Positions 27,937 through 37,523 of a DNA stretch of 64,000 nucleotides are shown here, piece by piece (within the stretch, counting starts at the first letter, position 1; each line of letters opens with the position of its first letter). This DNA is from Parcubacteria bacterium C7867-004 (GTDB taxonomy: Bacteria; Patescibacteriota; Minisyncoccia; Phycocordibacterales; Phycocordibacteraceae), in contig LFCN01000006.1 in NCBI GenBank assembly GCA_001189075.1, positions 81,605 through 145,604 on the forward strand, given 5' to 3'. Position numbers and translations under genes: made by a program. The notes under the pieces were generated by a model. That model was not told the origin of the DNA. It worked only from the letters and a program-made list of their open reading frames with translations, and did no database searches.

Positions 27937-28695
27937 GTGCTAGCATGTTCCTATATGCTCATCGTCGGAAACTGGAAGGCGTATGTGGAATCGAGCGCGA
28001 AGGCGAAAGCGCTCTATGCCGGAGCGAAGCGTCTTTCGGTAAAGGGTAAGCACGAGATAGTTATCGCCCCGAGCTACCCCTATATAGGTATGCTCGCGGG
28101 AGGGAAGGCCGGACCGAGCCTTGCGAGCCAGGATGTCTCGGTTACGACCGGTGGAGCCGCTACCGGCGAGGTTGCTGCCGGGGCGCTTAAGGAACTCGGA
28201 GTCGAGTATGTCATCGTCGGTCATTCTGAGCGGCGTGCGCAAGGTGAGACGGACGCTGATATCACCGAGAAAGCTCGGCATGCGCTTGCGCATGGCATGA
28301 CGCCCATCCTCTGTGTCGGCGAGACCGAGCGTGATTCCGAAGCGCAGTACCTCAAGGGAGTGCGCGCTCAGATAAGCGCCGTTATGGAAAAGCTCACGCC
28401 AAAGGAGCGGCTCACGATAGTAATCGCCTATGAACCGGTCTGGGCGATCGGGAAGACCGGCAGCGAGGCAATCACGCCTTCCGACCTGGGAGAGATGATT
28501 CTGTATATACGGAAAGTCCTCGCGGATTTCGTTCCGGGACGCGCGAACATGAAAGTCCCGGTTATCTACGGAGGGTCGGTCGACCCATTGAACATTCGCT
28601 CACTCGCTAGTGGAACCGGCGTCGAGGGATTCCTCGTCGGACGCGCATCGACCGATGTCGCGACCTTCTCCTCGCTCGTTAAGGCGCTTTCGTAA
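27937..28695 (+). CDS. tpiA: Triosephosphate isomerase
   Basis: GNWK, IAPSY, VGHSERR and CVGE motifs. Confidence 0.9.
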   Translation: MLACSYMLIVGNWKAYVESSAKAKALYAGAKRLSVKGKHEIVIAPSYPYIGMLAGGKAGPSLASQDVSVTTGGAATGEVAAGALKELGVEYVIVGHSERRAQGETDADITEKARHALAHGMTPILCVGETERDSEAQYLKGVRAQISAVMEKLTPKERLTIVIAYEPVWAIGKTGSEAITPSDLGEMILYIRKVLADFVPGRANMKVPVIYGGSVDPLNIRSLASGTGVEGFLVGRASTDVATFSSLVKALS

Positions 28696-28703
28696 TACTT
28701 GCG

Positions 28704-29408
28704 ATGAAGATGGCAGCGCTCGTACTGGTCCTCATACTCCTCGCGCTCATAGCGAAGTGGGCCATACCGTTCTATCAGACCGTACAGATCTCAAAGAAGC
28801 TCATCGAGGCTGCTGAGCCGTATCGTAATGAGGTAGGCGATTATCGCAAGCCGATGCTGGTGCTCGGTGACAGTACGGCAGTGGGCGTGGGCGCTGGTTC
28901 CCCGGAAGAATCGGTGCCGGCACTCGTGGCAGCCCAGATAGGTGCGACCAATGTCGAGAACTACGCGGTCTCGGGAGCGTTCGTGGGGAACCTTCCGGCA
29001 CAGATCGAGCAGGCACGCGCGCCGCACTACGCGCTCATCCTCATCCAGGTCGGCGCGAACAACATTGTCCGTTTCAGTAATGCGACCTCCACTGCGCAGA
29101 AGCTTGGAGCAATACTCGATACGCTTCCGAGCACGAGCAAGGTGGTTATCCTTACCGCAGGCGACGTTGGCGGGGCGACACTCTGGCCGGTGCCGCTACG
29201 CCCTATCTACACGAAGCTAACAATCGCGTACAACGAAGTCTTCGGGAAGACCGCGGCTGCTCGCGACATGATCTACGTAAACCTGTACGAAGATCCGTCG
29301 AGACAGATCATTACAAATGATCCTCAGACCTATCTGGCCGCTGACGGATTCCATCCATCTTCGGAAGGGTACCGGCTCTGGTTCGAAGCCATACGTCCTC
29401 ACCTCTAG
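28704..29408 (+). CDS. Membrane-anchored SGNH/GDSL-family hydrolase
   Basis: N-terminal TM, VLGDSTAVG (GDS block), GANN and DGFHPS (DxxH) blocks. Confidence 0.75.
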   Translation: MKMAALVLVLILLALIAKWAIPFYQTVQISKKLIEAAEPYRNEVGDYRKPMLVLGDSTAVGVGAGSPEESVPALVAAQIGATNVENYAVSGAFVGNLPAQIEQARAPHYALILIQVGANNIVRFSNATSTAQKLGAILDTLPSTSKVVILTAGDVGGATLWPVPLRPIYTKLTIAYNEVFGKTAAARDMIYVNLYEDPSRQIITNDPQTYLAADGFHPSSEGYRLWFEAIRPHL

Positions 29409-29433
29409 AAGCGCATTCGTTTATACTGAGGGA

Positions 29434-30567
29434 ATGCGAAGTGTGAAGAAAATAAAAGTGCTCGAGAATATACCGGTGCTGGTGCGTACCGCGCTTAATG
29501 TACCGGTAGCGAACGGGGAAGTAACCGGTGCATTCCGTCTGCGCCGTGCGCTCCCTACCATCGAGTATCTTCGGAAGAAGCATGCGCGTGTCATACTCAT
29601 CGGCCATATCGGGGAGAAGGGAACCGAGACGCTCGAACCCGTATATGAGGCGATGCGGGAGATGATACCCGGGCTCGCATTCTGTCCGGTGAGCACCGGA
29701 GCGCGTGCACGCGAGGCGATACGGCAGCTCGCGCCCGGAGGCGTACTGATGCTCGAGAACCTGCGGCGGGATAAGGGTGAAGTAGGAAATGATCCGAAGT
29801 TCGCGCGGGAACTTGCCGAGCTCGCGGATATCTTCGTGCAGGATTCCTTCGACGTCTGTCACCGCTCGCATGCTTCCGTCGTCGGGGTTCCATCGCTGCT
29901 CCCGTCCTATGCGGGGTTTCTCGTAGAAGAAGAGGTGAAGCAGCTTTCGAAAGCACTCAAACCGAAGAATCCGTCCCTCGCGATAATCGGCGGTGCAAAG
30001 TTCTCTACCAAAGAGCCGGTACTGAAACGATTGCTCGCGAGCTATAGCCGCGTGTATGTGGGTGGCGCGCTCGCCAATGATTTCATGCAGGTGTCGGGGA
30101 AGCCAGTAGGCAGCTCGCTCGTATCGGGCGCTGACCCCAAGGAGCTCAAGATGCTGCTCGGAGATCGGAAGCTCGCGCTGCCGCTCGATTATGTTGTTGC
30201 GCCACTTGGCGGGATGCGCGACGCGGGCCGACTCACACGCACCAACGACGTCAGGCCGAACGAGGCCATACTTGATAACGGACCGGATACGCTCGCGATG
30301 CTCGCCGAGCGAATGAAGAAAGCTAAGACGGTTCTCTGGAATGGGCCGCTCGGCAATTATGAGAACGGATTTACGGAAGGTACCGAAGCGCTTGCGCGCA
30401 TCATCGCGACTTCGAAAGCGCATTCGATCGTCGGAGGTGGCGATACGGTTGCGGCGATAGGGAAGCTTAAGCTCGACGCTAAATTCTCATTCATCTCGAC
30501 CGGCGGCGGCGCGATGCTCGACTTCCTCGCGAAAGGAACGCTTCCGGGACTCGATGCCCTTGATTAG
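29434..30567 (+). CDS. pgk: Phosphoglycerate kinase
   Basis: ...RALPTIEYL...ILIGHIGEKG... and C-terminal IVGGGDTVAA. Start at MRSVKK. Confidence 0.9.
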   Translation: MRSVKKIKVLENIPVLVRTALNVPVANGEVTGAFRLRRALPTIEYLRKKHARVILIGHIGEKGTETLEPVYEAMREMIPGLAFCPVSTGARAREAIRQLAPGGVLMLENLRRDKGEVGNDPKFARELAELADIFVQDSFDVCHRSHASVVGVPSLLPSYAGFLVEEEVKQLSKALKPKNPSLAIIGGAKFSTKEPVLKRLLASYSRVYVGGALANDFMQVSGKPVGSSLVSGADPKELKMLLGDRKLALPLDYVVAPLGGMRDAGRLTRTNDVRPNEAILDNGPDTLAMLAERMKKAKTVLWNGPLGNYENGFTEGTEALARIIATSKAHSIVGGGDTVAAIGKLKLDAKFSFISTGGGAMLDFLAKGTLPGLDALD

Positions 30568-30953
30568 AGGTTTGCGCGGACCCTTTCTCCAACAGACCTA
30601 AGCTCTTCAGGGGACGCCTGTGGCCCTGGACTCATATCGAACGGTAGCTGCTGGACCGGATACAGGCGTACGTGGACATGCGGGACCTCGAATCCTTCGA
30701 TGACGACACAGGTGCGGAGCGTTGAGAACGTCGCATCGAGGACCTTCGACAAGCGCTTAACGATAGCCATCAGATGAGCGTATGTCACGTCATCAAGATT
30801 GGCGAAATACGGGAGCTGTAGCTTCGAAATGACGAGCATCGCACCCTCAACGCTCGGGAACAGGTCGAGGATCGCTATAACGCTATCGTCCTCATAGATG
30901 ATCTCTGCGGGCAGCTCCCGCTTGATGATCTTTGTAAAAACGCTGTCTTCCAT
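30564..30953 (-). CDS. HIT-family (histidine triad) protein
   Basis: MEDSVFTKIIKRELPAEIIYEDD...HVHVRLYP is a classical HIT N-terminus with the HxHxH triad. The upstream in-frame extension was rejected. Confidence 0.85.
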   Translation of the reverse strand: MEDSVFTKIIKRELPAEIIYEDDSVIAILDLFPSVEGAMLVISKLQLPYFANLDDVTYAHLMAIVKRLSKVLDATFSTLRTCVVIEGFEVPHVHVRLYPVQQLPFDMSPGPQASPEELRSVGERVRANL

Positions 30954-30999
30954 AAGGAAAGGATACCCCGTGAGCCCTTTTTGATACAATGCTCTGACG

Positions 31000-32736
31000 A
31001 TGTTCCCGCTCCACGAAAAGCTTGATGACCAGACCCGCGAAGCGCTTAGCGCATACGATGATTTCACTGCTGCACTCCTGGTCCGTCGCGGCATAACCAC
31101 CCAGAAGGAAGCGGAGGCGTTCCTCGCACCGTCATACGACGAGCATATCCATGACCCAATGCTCATGCTTGATATGTCGAAAGCCGCCAAACGGCTGGCC
31201 GCCGCCATCAGCTCGAAGGAGAAGATCGCTGTTTGGAGCGATTACGATTGCGACGGGATACCGGGCGGCGTCGTACTGCATGACTTCCTGAAGAAAGCCA
31301 ACGCTGATTTCACCAACTATATCCCGCATCGTCATAACGAAGGGTACGGCGTGAATATCCCGGGCATCGAGAAGTTAGCGAAAGAAGGCTATACCCTCGT
31401 GATTACCGTCGACTCCGGTATCACCGACTCCGAAGCGGTGGCGCGCGCGAACGAACTCGGTATGGAAGTAATCGTGACCGATCACCATCTTCCTTCGAAT
31501 GAAGGGCTTCCGCCTGCGTTTGCGATCCTGAACCCCAACGCGCGTCCGGAAGAGACGTATCCGTATCTCGGACTGTGCGGAGGTGGGGTCGCATGGAAAC
31601 TCGTCTGCGCGACGCTTGCGGTCGGTTTTGTCGGACGGGAGGAGATTCCTGCCGGCTGGGAGAAGTGGCTGCTTGATATGGCAGGTCTCTCGACTATCGC
31701 CGACATGGTTCCGCTTACTGGCGAGAATCGCGTTATTGCCGCATACGGTCTGAAGGTCATGCGGAAGTCGCCGCGACTGGGTTTCCAGAAGCTTTGCAAA
31801 GTAGCGAGAGTGAACCAAGCGAAGATAACGGAAGACGACGTCGGATTTATGATCGCGCCCCGCGTGAATGCGGCCTCAAGGATGGGGGATCCGCTTGATG
31901 CCTTCACGCTCTTCACGACTACCGATGAGTCGGAAGCCGACCTGCTCGCGAAGAAGCTCGAGTCGATCAATCGAAGTCGTAGGGCCTCGGGCGCCGCGAT
32001 AACACGCGCGGTGCATGACCGATTGTTCGACCGGAAGATGGCAGGCGAAGTCCCGTCCGTGATCGCGATGGGAGATCCTGACTGGCGTCCGGGACTGCTC
32101 GGTCTTGCGGCGAACAGCATCGCGGAGGAGTACGGGCGCCCGGTATTCCTCTGGGGAAAGGAAGGCAACGATACGATCAAAGGATCGTGCCGCGGAGGAC
32201 CGGGGAAAGTGCATGTCGTCGAGCTCATGCAAGCAGCAGGGAGTACCTTCCTCGAGTTCGGGGGACACGCTGCGTCCGGCGGATACTCGGTTGCGCCGGA
32301 CGCGGTGTTCGATTTCGAGGAGCGGCTCGTAGCTGCTCTCGCAACATTGCCCGCGCAGAAGGATATCGACGAAGTACGCGCAGACATGCACCTCACTCCG
32401 GAGGCAGCCACGGGAACCTTGCTCCGGAGTCTCGAGCAGTTCGCGCCCTTTGGCATGAAGAATACGAAACCATCGTTCGCGATGCATGACGTTCGCATCG
32501 AGCGCGTTGCGTGGTTCGGAAAATCGGAAGAGCATCTGCGCCTATCCATCGGTCGCGGCCATGAGGAATTTCCTGAGACGCCGATAGAAGCAATCGCCTT
32601 CTTCGCGAAACGCGAGCTCGGACGCGCGTGCGAGGGTCTTGAGGCTGGCATGCGTCGGAGCATACTCGCGCACCTTGAGCGCGATACCTTCTCGAAAGGG
32701 CAGCCGATTCGTCTTCGCCTGATTTCCATTCGATAA
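31000..32736 (+). CDS. recJ: Single-stranded-DNA-specific exonuclease RecJ
   Basis: DHH domain (VWSDYDCDGI...ITVDSG...VTDHH) and DHHA1 domain. Confidence 0.9.
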   Translation: MFPLHEKLDDQTREALSAYDDFTAALLVRRGITTQKEAEAFLAPSYDEHIHDPMLMLDMSKAAKRLAAAISSKEKIAVWSDYDCDGIPGGVVLHDFLKKANADFTNYIPHRHNEGYGVNIPGIEKLAKEGYTLVITVDSGITDSEAVARANELGMEVIVTDHHLPSNEGLPPAFAILNPNARPEETYPYLGLCGGGVAWKLVCATLAVGFVGREEIPAGWEKWLLDMAGLSTIADMVPLTGENRVIAAYGLKVMRKSPRLGFQKLCKVARVNQAKITEDDVGFMIAPRVNAASRMGDPLDAFTLFTTTDESEADLLAKKLESINRSRRASGAAITRAVHDRLFDRKMAGEVPSVIAMGDPDWRPGLLGLAANSIAEEYGRPVFLWGKEGNDTIKGSCRGGPGKVHVVELMQAAGSTFLEFGGHAASGGYSVAPDAVFDFEERLVAALATLPAQKDIDEVRADMHLTPEAATGTLLRSLEQFAPFGMKNTKPSFAMHDVRIERVAWFGKSEEHLRLSIGRGHEEFPETPIEAIAFFAKRELGRACEGLEAGMRRSILAHLERDTFSKGQPIRLRLISIR

Positions 32737-32752
32737 CGGTATACTCTTCGAT

Positions 32753-33169
32753 ATGCGTTTCACTATCTATGGCGACGGCGGCTCGCGCGGGAATCCGGGA
32801 CCGGCGGGTTCCGGGGCCATCGTTCGTGACGAGAGCGGAGAGACCGTGCTCACGGTATCCGAGTTCCTCGGCGTCGCAACGAATAATGTCGCTGAGTACA
32901 CCGCGATCCTTCGTGCGCTTGAACGTCTGTCGGATCATCTCGGCAAGAATGCGAAGGAGGCTGACATCAGGGTGTGCATGGATAGCATGCTCGTGGTGAA
33001 GCAGATGCGGAGCGAATGGAAGCTAAAGCACCCGGGACTGAAGCCGCTCGCGGCCCGTGTTGGCGAACTGGTCACCCATTTCAATACCGTTTCATTCGAG
33101 CATGTGTATCGAGATTTCAATAAGGATGCGGATCGGTTGGCGAACGAAGCGATGGATCGCGGTGCTTGA
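32753..33169 (+). CDS. rnhA: Ribonuclease HI
   Basis: IYGDGGSRGNPGPAG...NNVAEYTAIL...DSMLVVKQ...VRDFNKDADRLA. Confidence 0.9.
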   Translation: MRFTIYGDGGSRGNPGPAGSGAIVRDESGETVLTVSEFLGVATNNVAEYTAILRALERLSDHLGKNAKEADIRVCMDSMLVVKQMRSEWKLKHPGLKPLAARVGELVTHFNTVSFEHVYRDFNKDADRLANEAMDRGA

Positions 33170-33253
33170 TTCGTTTGACGTTCCACGAGGATAGGAATAG
33201 GCTTCCCGATACGCCCGAGGATACGGGCATGTTCCAGTAACGGGAGAGATTCA

Positions 33254-33658
33254 GTGGTGCAACTTACGGAGAGCGACCTTAGGGCTCGCATCGAGGAAGT
33301 CCTTCTTACGCCAGAATATCGCCGGCTGATCGAAGGTTCACTCGCGGTCCATTTCAGCATGGTCAGCATGGCCAACGGTCCTGAGATGGGATGCGAAGAT
33401 GCGGTACACCTTGCGCGGAGTCAGGCCGAGCGCATCGCCCAGCTTTCTCTCGCAGATCTCTGTTTCGGTTCGTTCGAGATGGCGGATGCGGGTCCGCAAA
33501 TCTATCTCTGCCTTCCGGGCGACCCGAAACAAGGGGTCGAGGACATGGTGCTGCTCGCGGGGGTCTTTGCAAGGAGCGACGAGGTCTATCTTCGGACGCC
33601 GGTCGGGAAACCAAGTGCGAGGGGTCACGCGTGGCGGCAGATTGAGTCGCTCCTGTAG
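33254..33658 (+). CDS. Hypothetical protein (GTG start with GGGAG SD; followed by a terminator)
   Basis: Preferred over the antisense ORF 33338..33679 because it has a good SD and an intrinsic terminator 3' of it. Confidence 0.4.
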   Translation: MVQLTESDLRARIEEVLLTPEYRRLIEGSLAVHFSMVSMANGPEMGCEDAVHLARSQAERIAQLSLADLCFGSFEMADAGPQIYLCLPGDPKQGVEDMVLLAGVFARSDEVYLRTPVGKPSARGHAWRQIESLL

Positions 33659-33669
33659 AAAGTCCTGTA

Positions 33670-33700
33670 CGAGCGGCAATTAGTCGCTCGTTTTCTTTTC
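33670..33700 (+). terminator. Intrinsic terminator (cgagcg-gcaattagt-cgctcg plus TTTTCTTTTC)
   Basis: Perfect 6-bp stem and a T-run after ORF 33254..33658. Confidence 0.6.
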
Positions 33701-33772
33701 CCGTGCGGACACTTCATATAGTTTTTATCTTTGTTTCAGGGTTCTCTTATCTTTTGAGCGTATCGTTTCCGG

Positions 33773-35224
33773 ATGCCGGGAAACGTCTTTTTGGTGCTTG
33801 CCGGATTCTGCCTAGGAATTACGTCGTATTCTTTGGTCCCTTTCGCAACGCAGATTATAGGGATATCGGCGTTTGCTTTTTCATTATCTTTTTTCGGTTG
33901 GTTTCTCTGTAAACGGCGGACGTATCTGATTTGTGGAATCTTCCTGCTGTCGTTCGTAATTGGCGCGTTGCGCGTGGCACTCGTTTCACAGACCATGCCG
34001 GAACCCTTTCTTCCGCTTCTGGGACAGAAGTTTGATCTCGAAGGGCTGGTGGTCGCTGATCCTGACATCCGAGAGACAACTCAGCGGGTAACCGTGGAGA
34101 TTGAAAGAGAAGGAAAGAAGACGAAAGTTCTTGCGGTTGCTCCAACCTATCCCGAAGTCGAGTACGGGGAGCGAGTACGGGTTCAGGGAATGCTCGTTGA
34201 GCCGGAGCCGTTCGAGACGAATGCCGGCCGTACCTTCAAGTACGACCGGTTCCTACTTAAGGATGGGATCTACGCGATTGTTGAGAAAGCATCTCTCGAG
34301 ACTGTAACTCCGAGGCAAGGTATCCCCAGTACGGTCATGGGTCTACTCCTCGATGGCAAACATGCGTTCCTTGAGGCCATTGCGCGAGCACTCCCCGAGC
34401 CGTCTGCGTCGCTTGCTAGCGGATTGGTGGCGGGAGGAAAACAGGGGCTAGGAAAAGAATTGCTGAATGCATTCATCGTCTCGGGTCTCGTACATATCGT
34501 TGTCTTATCCGGGTATAACGTGATGATCATCGCTGAGTTTGTACTCAAAAGTCTGTCGTCGCTTTCTCGTCGCGTTGCAGCGAGCGTTGCCGGGATCATG
34601 ATCGGCGGATTCGTACTTGCCGCGGGAGCAGGAAGCGCGAGTATCCGCGCCGGACTTATGGCAGGACTCGCGCTCACTGCTCGTGCCACGGGAAGGACCT
34701 ATGACGTCATCCGTGCTCTGTTCGTCGTGGGAGCGCTCATGTTGCTCATGAATCCACTGCTACTGGTCTATGATCCCGGATTCCAACTCTCGTTCCTCGC
34801 CACGCTCGGTCTCATACTCGGTTCACCGCGCATCGAGCGCATGCTCACGTTTGTGCGCAACGAATTCTTTCGTGATCTGATTGCGGCTACGCTTGCCGCG
34901 CAGATCGCAGTACTTCCGCTCCTTCTGTATCAGACGGGACTCTTCTCGGTTGTGTCGCTTCCGACGAATATTATCGTGCTCCCGTTCGTACCGCTTGCGA
35001 TGGCACTCTCCGCATTCGCGGGATGCGTCGGATTGGTTGCGCCGGTGCTTGCACCGATTGCGGGACTTCCTGCATACGGAGTACTCTCGTCGATCATTGC
35101 GATAGCAGAATGGATGGCATCGCTTCCACTCGCATCGGTTAGCATTCCAGAATTTCCATTTGTAATCGTTCCGGTGGCGTACGCCGGCATGGTTCTCCTT
35201 ATCTATAAAACAAAAAAAGCATGA
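33773..35224 (+). CDS. comEC: ComEC/Rec2 DNA internalisation channel: membrane (DUF4131 plus competence) portion only
   Basis: Polytopic membrane protein with the ...LLVYDPGFQLSFLATLGLI... competence-domain signature. It ends before any beta-lactamase domain. Confidence 0.8.
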   Translation: MPGNVFLVLAGFCLGITSYSLVPFATQIIGISAFAFSLSFFGWFLCKRRTYLICGIFLLSFVIGALRVALVSQTMPEPFLPLLGQKFDLEGLVVADPDIRETTQRVTVEIEREGKKTKVLAVAPTYPEVEYGERVRVQGMLVEPEPFETNAGRTFKYDRFLLKDGIYAIVEKASLETVTPRQGIPSTVMGLLLDGKHAFLEAIARALPEPSASLASGLVAGGKQGLGKELLNAFIVSGLVHIVVLSGYNVMIIAEFVLKSLSSLSRRVAASVAGIMIGGFVLAAGAGSASIRAGLMAGLALTARATGRTYDVIRALFVVGALMLLMNPLLLVYDPGFQLSFLATLGLILGSPRIERMLTFVRNEFFRDLIAATLAAQIAVLPLLLYQTGLFSVVSLPTNIIVLPFVPLAMALSAFAGCVGLVAPVLAPIAGLPAYGVLSSIIAIAEWMASLPLASVSIPEFPFVIVPVAYAGMVLLIYKTKKA

Positions 35225-35265
35225 CGAGCGCCATGCTTCTTTTGACTCTCGATGATCGAACTTCG

Positions 35266-35856
35266 TTAGACGCTCGTCATGCGCTTGTCGACCGTAGCCC
35301 AGTTCACATTCTCGAGGAATGCCTCGACATAGTTCTTCTTCTCGGCAGGAACATAGTCGACCATGTACGCGTGTTCCCAGAGATCAACCGCAAGGATGAT
35401 AGGGAGGCCCGCAAGTTGTCCAAGCTCGTGATCATTCACGAATGCGGTGTGGAGGGTCGAGGCTTTCGCATCGAAATACACGATGACCCATCCGATGCCG
35501 CGGGTACCGGCAACTTCCTTGATGTGCGCGATAAACCCGTCCCAGCTTCCGTACTTCTCGGTGGCTACTTTCCGGAGACTGCCCTCGGCATCGGCAACGC
35601 TCGCACCGCCCTCGAACTGTTCGAAGTAGTACTCGTGCATGCGCATACCGTCGAACTCGAATCCGAGGCGTCGGCGCAGCTCGTTCATAACGAACGCATT
35701 AGCTTCCGCGTCCTCTTCGCGGAGTTTCTGTATCTTCTCGAGGATAAGGTTCACGTGCTTTACGTACCCCTCGTAGAGGGCGAGGTGCACGTCGATCTGC
35801 TTCTTCGAGAGCCCCTTGAGCTCCGGAAGATCGAATGTTCGGGTTGCGTAGGTCAT
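35266..35856 (-). CDS. sodA: Fe/Mn superoxide dismutase
   Basis: DLPELKGLSKKQIDVHLALYEGYVKHVN...DAEGSLRKVATEKYGSWD...AVDLWEHAY contains the canonical SOD metal ligand motifs. Confidence 0.9.
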   Translation of the reverse strand: MTYATRTFDLPELKGLSKKQIDVHLALYEGYVKHVNLILEKIQKLREEDAEANAFVMNELRRRLGFEFDGMRMHEYYFEQFEGGASVADAEGSLRKVATEKYGSWDGFIAHIKEVAGTRGIGWVIVYFDAKASTLHTAFVNDHELGQLAGLPIILAVDLWEHAYMVDYVPAEKKNYVEAFLENVNWATVDKRMTSV

Positions 35857-35927
35857 ATGCGGAATACTACCATTTTGCGTTATTTAGATGGGATGAAGAC
35901 CAGAGCGCAGTGCTATGGTACCCGTAT

Positions 35928-36791
35928 ATGAGCAGTCCCCGCCGATTCGCCTGGCTCCTCGTTCTCGGATTCCTTGTGGCAGCGAACGCCGGGATTGCAT
36001 ACGCACTCTTCGTTCCGGGGCCGAGCGTTCTCACGGTTGCGTTCCTTGATGTGGGGCAAGGAGACTCGATATTCGTTCGAAGTCCCGATGGCGTCGAGAT
36101 GCTTATCGACGGAGGCCGCGACCGTTCCGTGCTCAGAGAGCTTCCGCGCTTCATGGGTCCGTTTGATAGGAGCATCGATCTGGTCATTGAGACGCATCCT
36201 GATGCCGACCATATAGGCGGGCTGCCTGGGGTACTCGCATCCTATACCGTCTCCTATTTCCTTGAGCCGGGGAAGTCGAGTGACTCGAGCATGTACGCGC
36301 AGCTAGAGTCGAGCGAAGAAAAGGAAAAGGGCATGCAGGAGCTTCTCGCACAAAAAGGCATGCGTATTCACCTGGGTAGCGAAGTGTACGCCGATATCCT
36401 CCACCCAGGAGACAATGTAGAGCAATTGCGCGAGACTAACGATGCGTCGGTGGTTATGCGCCTAGTCTACGGAGACACGGAATTCCTGCTGTCGGGAGAC
36501 GCAGCCGGATGGATTGAGAAGCGCTTGGTAGAGGAGTACGGCAGTTCGCTCCAGAGCGATGTGCTCAAGGCAGGACACCATGGATCTAAGAACTCGTCTG
36601 AGGAAGTGTGGCTCGCTGCAGTTAATCCCGATACGGTTGTTATATCGGCAGGGAAAGGGAATTCGTATGGGCATCCTCATGCAGAAACGCTTGAGCGTAT
36701 CAGGAACGAAGGCGCGTCGATCGTCTCAACTATCGAGAGTGGAACGATAACATTCACATCTGACGGAACGACTATCACACGTAAGAATTGA
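35928..36791 (+). CDS. ComEC-type metallo-beta-lactamase domain protein with its own N-terminal TM anchor
   Basis: LDVGQGDSIFVRSPDGVEMLIDGG...HPDADHIGG... is the ComEC C-terminal MBL signature. Start at MSSPRRFAWLLVLGF. Confidence 0.75.
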   Translation: MSSPRRFAWLLVLGFLVAANAGIAYALFVPGPSVLTVAFLDVGQGDSIFVRSPDGVEMLIDGGRDRSVLRELPRFMGPFDRSIDLVIETHPDADHIGGLPGVLASYTVSYFLEPGKSSDSSMYAQLESSEEKEKGMQELLAQKGMRIHLGSEVYADILHPGDNVEQLRETNDASVVMRLVYGDTEFLLSGDAAGWIEKRLVEEYGSSLQSDVLKAGHHGSKNSSEEVWLAAVNPDTVVISAGKGNSYGHPHAETLERIRNEGASIVSTIESGTITFTSDGTTITRKN

Positions 36792-36850
36792 CTTACGATA
36801 GCTGCTGACGTTAACTCATCTCGGGAGTTCGAAACGAGGAGGTTCCGTCC

Positions 36851-37168
36851 ATGATTATTGCCGTTACGGCGATCGCCGAATCGGGAACTGACCATCGCAG
36901 GCATCGGGGGCAGGTGAGGGGTGTGGGAGTAGCCGCCCGTGCGGGAGGCTACAAGCTTGAATACGAGCACGTCAGGAAAGGGAATCGGACACACAGGTTC
37001 GAAGCCCCATCTGACGAAGAAGCAATCGATAAAGCGGCAAGCTTTCTCGGGATCAAGCTCGATCGCTCCGCTCCGCTCTTCAAGGTCACGTTCCTTAGTC
37101 GCGGAGGAAGGAAAGTGATCCGTCTGTCTGATGAGCGGGTCGTATTCTCCGTATCGGTCGGTCACTGA
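36851..37168 (+). CDS. Hypothetical protein, 105 aa, strong SD (AGGAGG)
   Basis: ORF with consensus SD 7 nt upstream, followed by terminator 37186..37222. Confidence 0.5.
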   Translation: MIIAVTAIAESGTDHRRHRGQVRGVGVAARAGGYKLEYEHVRKGNRTHRFEAPSDEEAIDKAASFLGIKLDRSAPLFKVTFLSRGGRKVIRLSDERVVFSVSVGH

Positions 37169-37185
37169 AGTGACGTCGCACCCAA

Positions 37186-37222
37186 AAGCAAAGCGCCCCG
37201 AGTGATCGAGGCGCTTTTTCCT
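37186..37222. terminator. Bidirectional intrinsic terminator (agcgcc-N13-ggcgct with flanking A/T runs)
   Basis: Lies between convergent genes (36851 + and rpmB -). Confidence 0.6.
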
Positions 37223-37234
37223 TTGCTGAATCGG

Positions 37235-37477
37235 CTAGATGACTCCCGCTTTCTTGAGGGTGGCGTGCGCGCCGTTCTTCTTGATGTGGCGCATACCCTT
37301 AACGCTGATGTCGACGAGTACGGACTTGCCGAGCTCCGGAACGAAGATGTTCCGCTTCTGGAGGTTTGCCTTGCGGCGGACCTTACCGGTTGGGTTGAAC
37401 TGGGTCGCACGGGTACGGTTTGAGTACCGCCCGCCGATCTGGGTCGTCTTTCCGGTTACTGCGCAGCTTCGTGCCAT
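37235..37477 (-). CDS. rpmB: 50S ribosomal protein L28
   Basis: MARSCAVTGKTTQIGGRYSNRTRATQFNPTGKVRRKANLQKR... matches the L28 fold (single Cys, non-Zn type). Confidence 0.85.
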   Translation of the reverse strand: MARSCAVTGKTTQIGGRYSNRTRATQFNPTGKVRRKANLQKRNIFVPELGKSVLVDISVKGMRHIKKNGAHATLKKAGVI

Positions 37478-37523
37478 AGTTCCCGTATGCTAGCATACGC
37501 ATACGATATTCCGCAACTAAGCC

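Noticed and set aside
29311-30423. 370-aa minus-strand ORF
   Set aside because: Antisense to phosphoglycerate kinase; a high-GC mirror-frame artefact.
31482-32729. 415-aa and 219-aa minus-strand ORFs inside recJ
   Set aside because: Antisense to RecJ with clear DHH/DHHA1 motifs. Their composition is Ser/Arg/Ala-rich.
33338-33679. 113-aa minus-strand ORF with an HTH-like segment (LGDALGLTPRKVYRIF)
   Set aside because: It uses a TTG start with no SD. The overlapping plus-strand ORF has a GGGAG SD and a downstream intrinsic terminator. Kept only as a low-confidence alternative.
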